From assembly GCA_012033495.1 (NCBI GenBank), contig JAAUQT010000001.1:9204-73203 (forward strand): a DNA stretch of 64,000 bases, in the 5' to 3' direction. The position numbers and the translations under genes were made by a program. How positions within the stretch are numbered: position 1 is the first letter of the stretch; every line of letters starts with the position of its first letter. A model generated the notes under the pieces. That model was not told the origin of the DNA and did no database searches. It saw nothing but the letters and a program-made list of their open reading frames with translations. Origin of the DNA: Cyanobacteria bacterium RM1_2_2 (GTDB lineage Bacteria > Cyanobacteriota > Cyanobacteriia > Elainellales > Elainellaceae). Below, one piece after another: positions 60,367 through 64,000 of the stretch.

Positions 60367-61728
60367 TTATACCTCAACTGGAGACTTGTTTGGAGCCGCC
60401 GCCGCATAATTACCGTCGGCATCGACATCCACAGACACCAGCGAGCTTTCTCCTGTAATTAAACGAGCACCCCGATTGCGCGTGAAATAGTTCCACATCC
60501 ACTGAATCATTACAATCAGTTTGTTGTCGAACTCAATCAGGTAATAAATGTGGGCAAAGATCCAGATAAACCAAGCAATTGCGCCCGTCAGCTTCAGAGA
60601 TTTGAGCGCTACGACTGCCTCATTTTGACCAATCACCGCCAAACTGCCCGCGTCGTCATAGCGGAACGGAGTCGGAGTTGTGCCTGCAAGCCGCTGGTGG
60701 ATTAGCTTCGCCACATATTTTCCTTGCTGCACAGCCACCGGAGCCACCCCCGGCAGCGGCTTCTCTCCCTGATGGGCATAGTGGGCCAAGTCGCCGACCA
60801 CAAAAATGTCGGGATGCTCCGGCACACTCAGATCCGGATCAACCATGACTCGCCCGGCCCGATCGAGCTTTGCGCCAGCCCGCTGTTCCAGCACCTTGCC
60901 CATTGCCGAAGCTTTGACGCCCGCCGCCCACAGAATCGTCTGAGCCGGAATTTGCTGCACTTCGTCGCCCTGCTTCACGGTCACAATGTTGTTCTCGATA
61001 TTTGTCACTAGCGATTGAGTTTGCACGGTGACACCCAAACGAACCAACGCTTCGGCGGCTTTTTGCGACAGTTCTGGCGGATAGGGCGGCAGCACCCGAT
61101 CCATCCCTTCAATCAGCAGAATTTTGGCTTCGGTGGTGTCAATGTTGCGAAAATCTGACTTTAGTGTATTGAAAGCAAGTTCGGCAATTGCACCCGCCAA
61201 CTCCACGCCCGTTGGGCCGCCGCCCACAATCACAAACGTCAGCCAGGCTTTGCGGTTTTCAGGATCAGATTCTTTTTCGGCTGCTTCAAATGCCACAAAA
61301 ATTCGACGGCGCATTTCCAACGCATCTTCGACGGTTTTCAAGCCCGGTGCGGTGGTTTTCCAATGGTCGTTGCCGAAATAGAAATGGCTCACCCCTGTGG
61401 CCACAATCAGCGTATCGTAGTCTAGCTCTCGACCGCGCAGCATCAGCTTTTTGCTTTCTGGATCAACATCAGTCACTTCTTCCATCAGCACTGTAATGTT
61501 GCGGTACTTGCCGAGGATGCCGCGCAAAGGCGAAGAAATGTCTGCCGGAGACAGAGTTCCGGTGGCAACCTGATAAAGCAAAGGCTGAAAGAGATGGAAA
61601 TTGCGCTTGTCGATTAAAGTAACTTGGGTAGCAGAATTGCCGAGTGCTTTGGCTGCATAAAGTCCCCCAAAACCGCCGCCCACAATCACCACATGAGGCT
61701 TTGCGGATTGTTCAGCCTGACTAACCAT
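60367..61728 (-). CDS. Type II NADH dehydrogenase (NDH-2)
   Basis: Two dinucleotide folds (VVIVGGGFGGLYAA and FVIVGGGPTGVELAG), then VFVVGD and a C-terminal membrane-anchoring helix. Confidence 0.85.
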   Translation of the reverse strand: MVSQAEQSAKPHVVIVGGGFGGLYAAKALGNSATQVTLIDKRNFHLFQPLLYQVATGTLSPADISSPLRGILGKYRNITVLMEEVTDVDPESKKLMLRGRELDYDTLIVATGVSHFYFGNDHWKTTAPGLKTVEDALEMRRRIFVAFEAAEKESDPENRKAWLTFVIVGGGPTGVELAGAIAELAFNTLKSDFRNIDTTEAKILLIEGMDRVLPPYPPELSQKAAEALVRLGVTVQTQSLVTNIENNIVTVKQGDEVQQIPAQTILWAAGVKASAMGKVLEQRAGAKLDRAGRVMVDPDLSVPEHPDIFVVGDLAHYAHQGEKPLPGVAPVAVQQGKYVAKLIHQRLAGTTPTPFRYDDAGSLAVIGQNEAVVALKSLKLTGAIAWFIWIFAHIYYLIEFDNKLIVMIQWMWNYFTRNRGARLITGESSLVSVDVDADGNYAAAAPNKSPVEV

Positions 61729-61760
61729 GCTTTACAACTCCTTCGCTCGATATTTTTACT

Positions 61761-61788
61761 GAGTTCTCTTAACAGAGTTCTCTTAACA
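61761..61788. repeat. Perfect 14-bp direct repeat, 2 copies, upstream of the NDH-2 gene
   Basis: GAGTTCTCTTAACA GAGTTCTCTTAACA, 33-60 nt upstream of the ATG at 61728. Confidence 0.85.
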
Positions 61789-61975
61789 GTTGATCCTGGT
61801 TAACCTGGCAAGATCAGGCTTAAGCCGAGAAACTTGATCTAGTCTTAATGCCAAACTAAAAGATTTGCTACAAACCAAAGTTAGAAAATGCGAAGGCAGA
61901 TCTTCTACTCAGTAGCTTAACGTAGCCCTATGAGGTTCTAAGTAACCAGGGCTACGGGGATCAGAGATTTCCGGG

Positions 61976-63193
61976 TTAGAGATTTGCGGTGAACTGCTGA
62001 ATGGTTTGGGTCAACCGCGCAACTTCTGCCTCGCTGGTGAAGTAATGCACGCAAGCTCGTACACAATCTGGATCAAGAATGGTGCGGATAAACAAACCCT
62101 GCTGTTCGAGAAAATGCACGAACTGATGGTGAGGTGTTTGGGCTGAATCGGTGAGCCTAAACGAAACCAAGCCCGATTCGGGTGGCGCCGTTCGCAAACA
62201 GGCAATGTGCGGCAAATCGCTGAGTTGCTGCCAGAGCAATCGACTCAGTGCCAAAATTCGTTGATAACGCGCCTCGGCTGTGCCCCATTGTTGATGGGTT
62301 GCGATGGCGGCAGCCAGTCCGTCATAAAGGGCATAGTCAGAGGTGGCGACTTCGTAGCGCGTGCCGTCGGGCTGCCAGCCAGTCGGGAAGCCTGCCGCAT
62401 TTTTGGTGATGCTGCGCCAGCCGACGAAGGTAGGATTCAAGTCTTCTCTTGCCGCCGCCGAAACATACAGCCCACCCACACCCGCCGGGCCGCAGAGCCA
62501 TTTGTGTCCGGTGAAGGCGTAGAAATCCACATCCATTGCGTCTAGATCCAGCGGCATCATCCCGACCGACTGGGCTGCATCGACCAAAACCCTCACCGTC
62601 GCTCGTTCTGCCGGATAGTGATGGCAAGTTTGCATGATTTCCTTCAGCGGCAACACCTGTCCCGTATTCCAGAGAAGGTGGCTGATCACAACCAGTCGGG
62701 TAGTCGGACGCAGATGGTCAGCAATGACGGCAACTGGATCGCCGTGATTCAAAGTTGCCATCAGCCCACAGGTGGTCACTTCGACGCCAAACCGCCGCCC
62801 AATTTCGCCTGCCGCCGCCACAATTCCCGGATGCTCACAGTCGGACAGCAGCAGATGGTCGCCTGCCTGCCAGTCGATGCCCCACAGCGCAATGTTGCAG
62901 CCCACTGAAACATCTTCCGTCAGGGTAATTGTGTTAATCGAAACGCCCAGTTCCGCCGCAATCACCCGCCGCAAGTTCTGCCCGACTCGCACCACCCACT
63001 GATTCACCTCACCCGAAAACGGGCCCGCCTGCTGGATGTAGGTATGGGCTTGCTGAATCGCTGCTAACGAACGGGTCGGCATCGGGCCTTGCCCGCCATA
63101 GTTGAAGTAGGCTTTGTTCGCAAGGGCTGAAAACTGCTGACGATGAGCCTCAAGTTGGGCATCGGGGGAGGCAAGCGGAAAGGTGCTGGTCAT
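61976..63193 (-). CDS. Class V aminotransferase-fold PLP enzyme (cysteine desulfurase / epimerase-like)
   Basis: The sequence shows YFNYGGQGP and a PLP-Lys context FYAFTGHKWLCGPAGVG. 405 aa. Confidence 0.8.
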   Translation of the reverse strand: MTSTFPLASPDAQLEAHRQQFSALANKAYFNYGGQGPMPTRSLAAIQQAHTYIQQAGPFSGEVNQWVVRVGQNLRRVIAAELGVSINTITLTEDVSVGCNIALWGIDWQAGDHLLLSDCEHPGIVAAAGEIGRRFGVEVTTCGLMATLNHGDPVAVIADHLRPTTRLVVISHLLWNTGQVLPLKEIMQTCHHYPAERATVRVLVDAAQSVGMMPLDLDAMDVDFYAFTGHKWLCGPAGVGGLYVSAAAREDLNPTFVGWRSITKNAAGFPTGWQPDGTRYEVATSDYALYDGLAAAIATHQQWGTAEARYQRILALSRLLWQQLSDLPHIACLRTAPPESGLVSFRLTDSAQTPHHQFVHFLEQQGLFIRTILDPDCVRACVHYFTSEAEVARLTQTIQQFTANL

Positions 63194-63256
63194 GCTGAAA
63201 AGATTGGGAAGGGCAATTGAGATTGTAACGATGTTTCAATTTGTTCTTGATTTTAA

Positions 63257-63400
63257 CTAGGGTGCGTCATCCATTCAGGGTCAAACGCCTGCCGCATCCG
63301 CCGGATCGCGCCCGTTTCCAAAAACAGGCGAGGGGCTGTCGCCTTGCCATGGTCAGCGTTTTAGCTGGAATGGACCACAGCCCCTAGTCAAAGAACGATC
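63257..63400. repeat. Family C dispersed repeat, uninterrupted copy (inverted relative to 10036-10389)
   Basis: The reverse complement aligns with 10036-10090 joined directly to 10307-10389. Confidence 0.5.
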
Positions 63401-63439
63401 GGACACGACACCTCGTAGATCAAGCAAATTCAGAGCTAC

Positions 63440-64000
63440 TTAAAACTCAGCATACTGCGGTGGGCTAGCTCCAAGCCGTTGCGTGATCCGGGGATACCTC
63501 ACTTTGGGTTGCGGTTCTGTAATCGCCTCTACCCGCAGTTGATGCCACCAATCATCCCCAAAATCAAACCAGTAGCCAAACGGCTCCCCGACGACCAACC
63601 CCAATGTGCCGATCGGGGTTTGCGCCACGTCTCCGGCAATCGAACCGCCAAAATCATCCTCCAAAGTCATCGCTAACCCATAACGAGCAGTGTTGGGGTC
63701 GTTTGGGCCTTGGCCTTTCAACTGAAACTCATACATGTGTTCCTCTTCCCGGTCAAATGCCTTGAAGATCATTTGATGTAGATCGGCAAGCGTTTGGTCG
63801 CCCCGAATCTCGATCGTGCGGCTCACTTGAGGATTCTTCTTGACAAACTTTGCTGTCAAAGGTCCACTGAGCAGCGATACCTCCAACACATACAAAGCCT
63901 GAAGAGCCGCTGGGTCAGGCGTCTGGTTCGTTTGAAGTGCAGGTTTAGCTTCGGTGGTTCTGCGGTGTCCAGCACTGGGCTGGGATTGGTTCCCTTGCAA
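63440..64000 (-). CDS. pRiA4b ORF-3-like family protein; the 5' end may lie beyond the window
   Basis: HMYEFQL....YWFDFGDDWWHQLRVE resembles the family signature (YEYDFGD.W.H.I). The ORF reaches the window edge. Confidence 0.6.
   Translation of the reverse strand: MQGNQSQPSAGHRRTTEAKPALQTNQTPDPAALQALYVLEVSLLSGPLTAKFVKKNPQVSRTIEIRGDQTLADLHQMIFKAFDREEEHMYEFQLKGQGPNDPNTARYGLAMTLEDDFGGSIAGDVAQTPIGTLGLVVGEPFGYWFDFGDDWWHQLRVEAITEPQPKVRYPRITQRLGASPPQYAEF

Overview
This is a 64-kb chromosomal segment of about 50% GC from a cyanobacterium, probably a filamentous Leptolyngbya-like lineage. The assignment rests on lineage-typical genes: vipp1, DUF1868, DUF3370, DUF1400, a PlmA-type GntR regulator, a Mo-nitrogenase-C-domain protein, an EF-hand-tailed transaldolase and the asd-dapA-rnj and tig-clpP-clpX arrangements. 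About fifty protein genes are mostly housekeeping (holA, sucCD, ald, leuS, pyrG, tal, pgl, NDH-2, two class-V PLP enzymes) plus signalling genes: a NarL-type regulator with its kinase, two FHA proteins, and a sigma factor with a putative anti-sigma factor. There is one tRNA-Gly(UCC). I found no rRNA, CRISPR array, integrase, reverse transcriptase, recognisable defence system or secondary-metabolite cluster.

Three things stand out.

1. Four housekeeping genes (sucC, pgl, leuS, tig) are each split by what looks like loss of one base. Three breaks sit inside a 3-5 nt homopolymer and the pgl break probably does too. This pattern fits assembly error better than real pseudogenes.

2. Intergenic DNA is packed with at least four families of about 100-bp hairpin (MITE-like) repeats. 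One is a nested insertion, and a 50-codon N-terminal relic of an IS605-family tnpB abuts exbB.

3. The only candidate for something undescribed is an orphan three-gene cassette of small unassignable proteins (49894-51317, minus strand). Its upstream region carries an exact match to the cyanobacterial LexA-box consensus. The function is unknown and the LexA link is statistically weak on its own.

Everything here comes from reading the sequence and from remembered family signatures. No database search was run.
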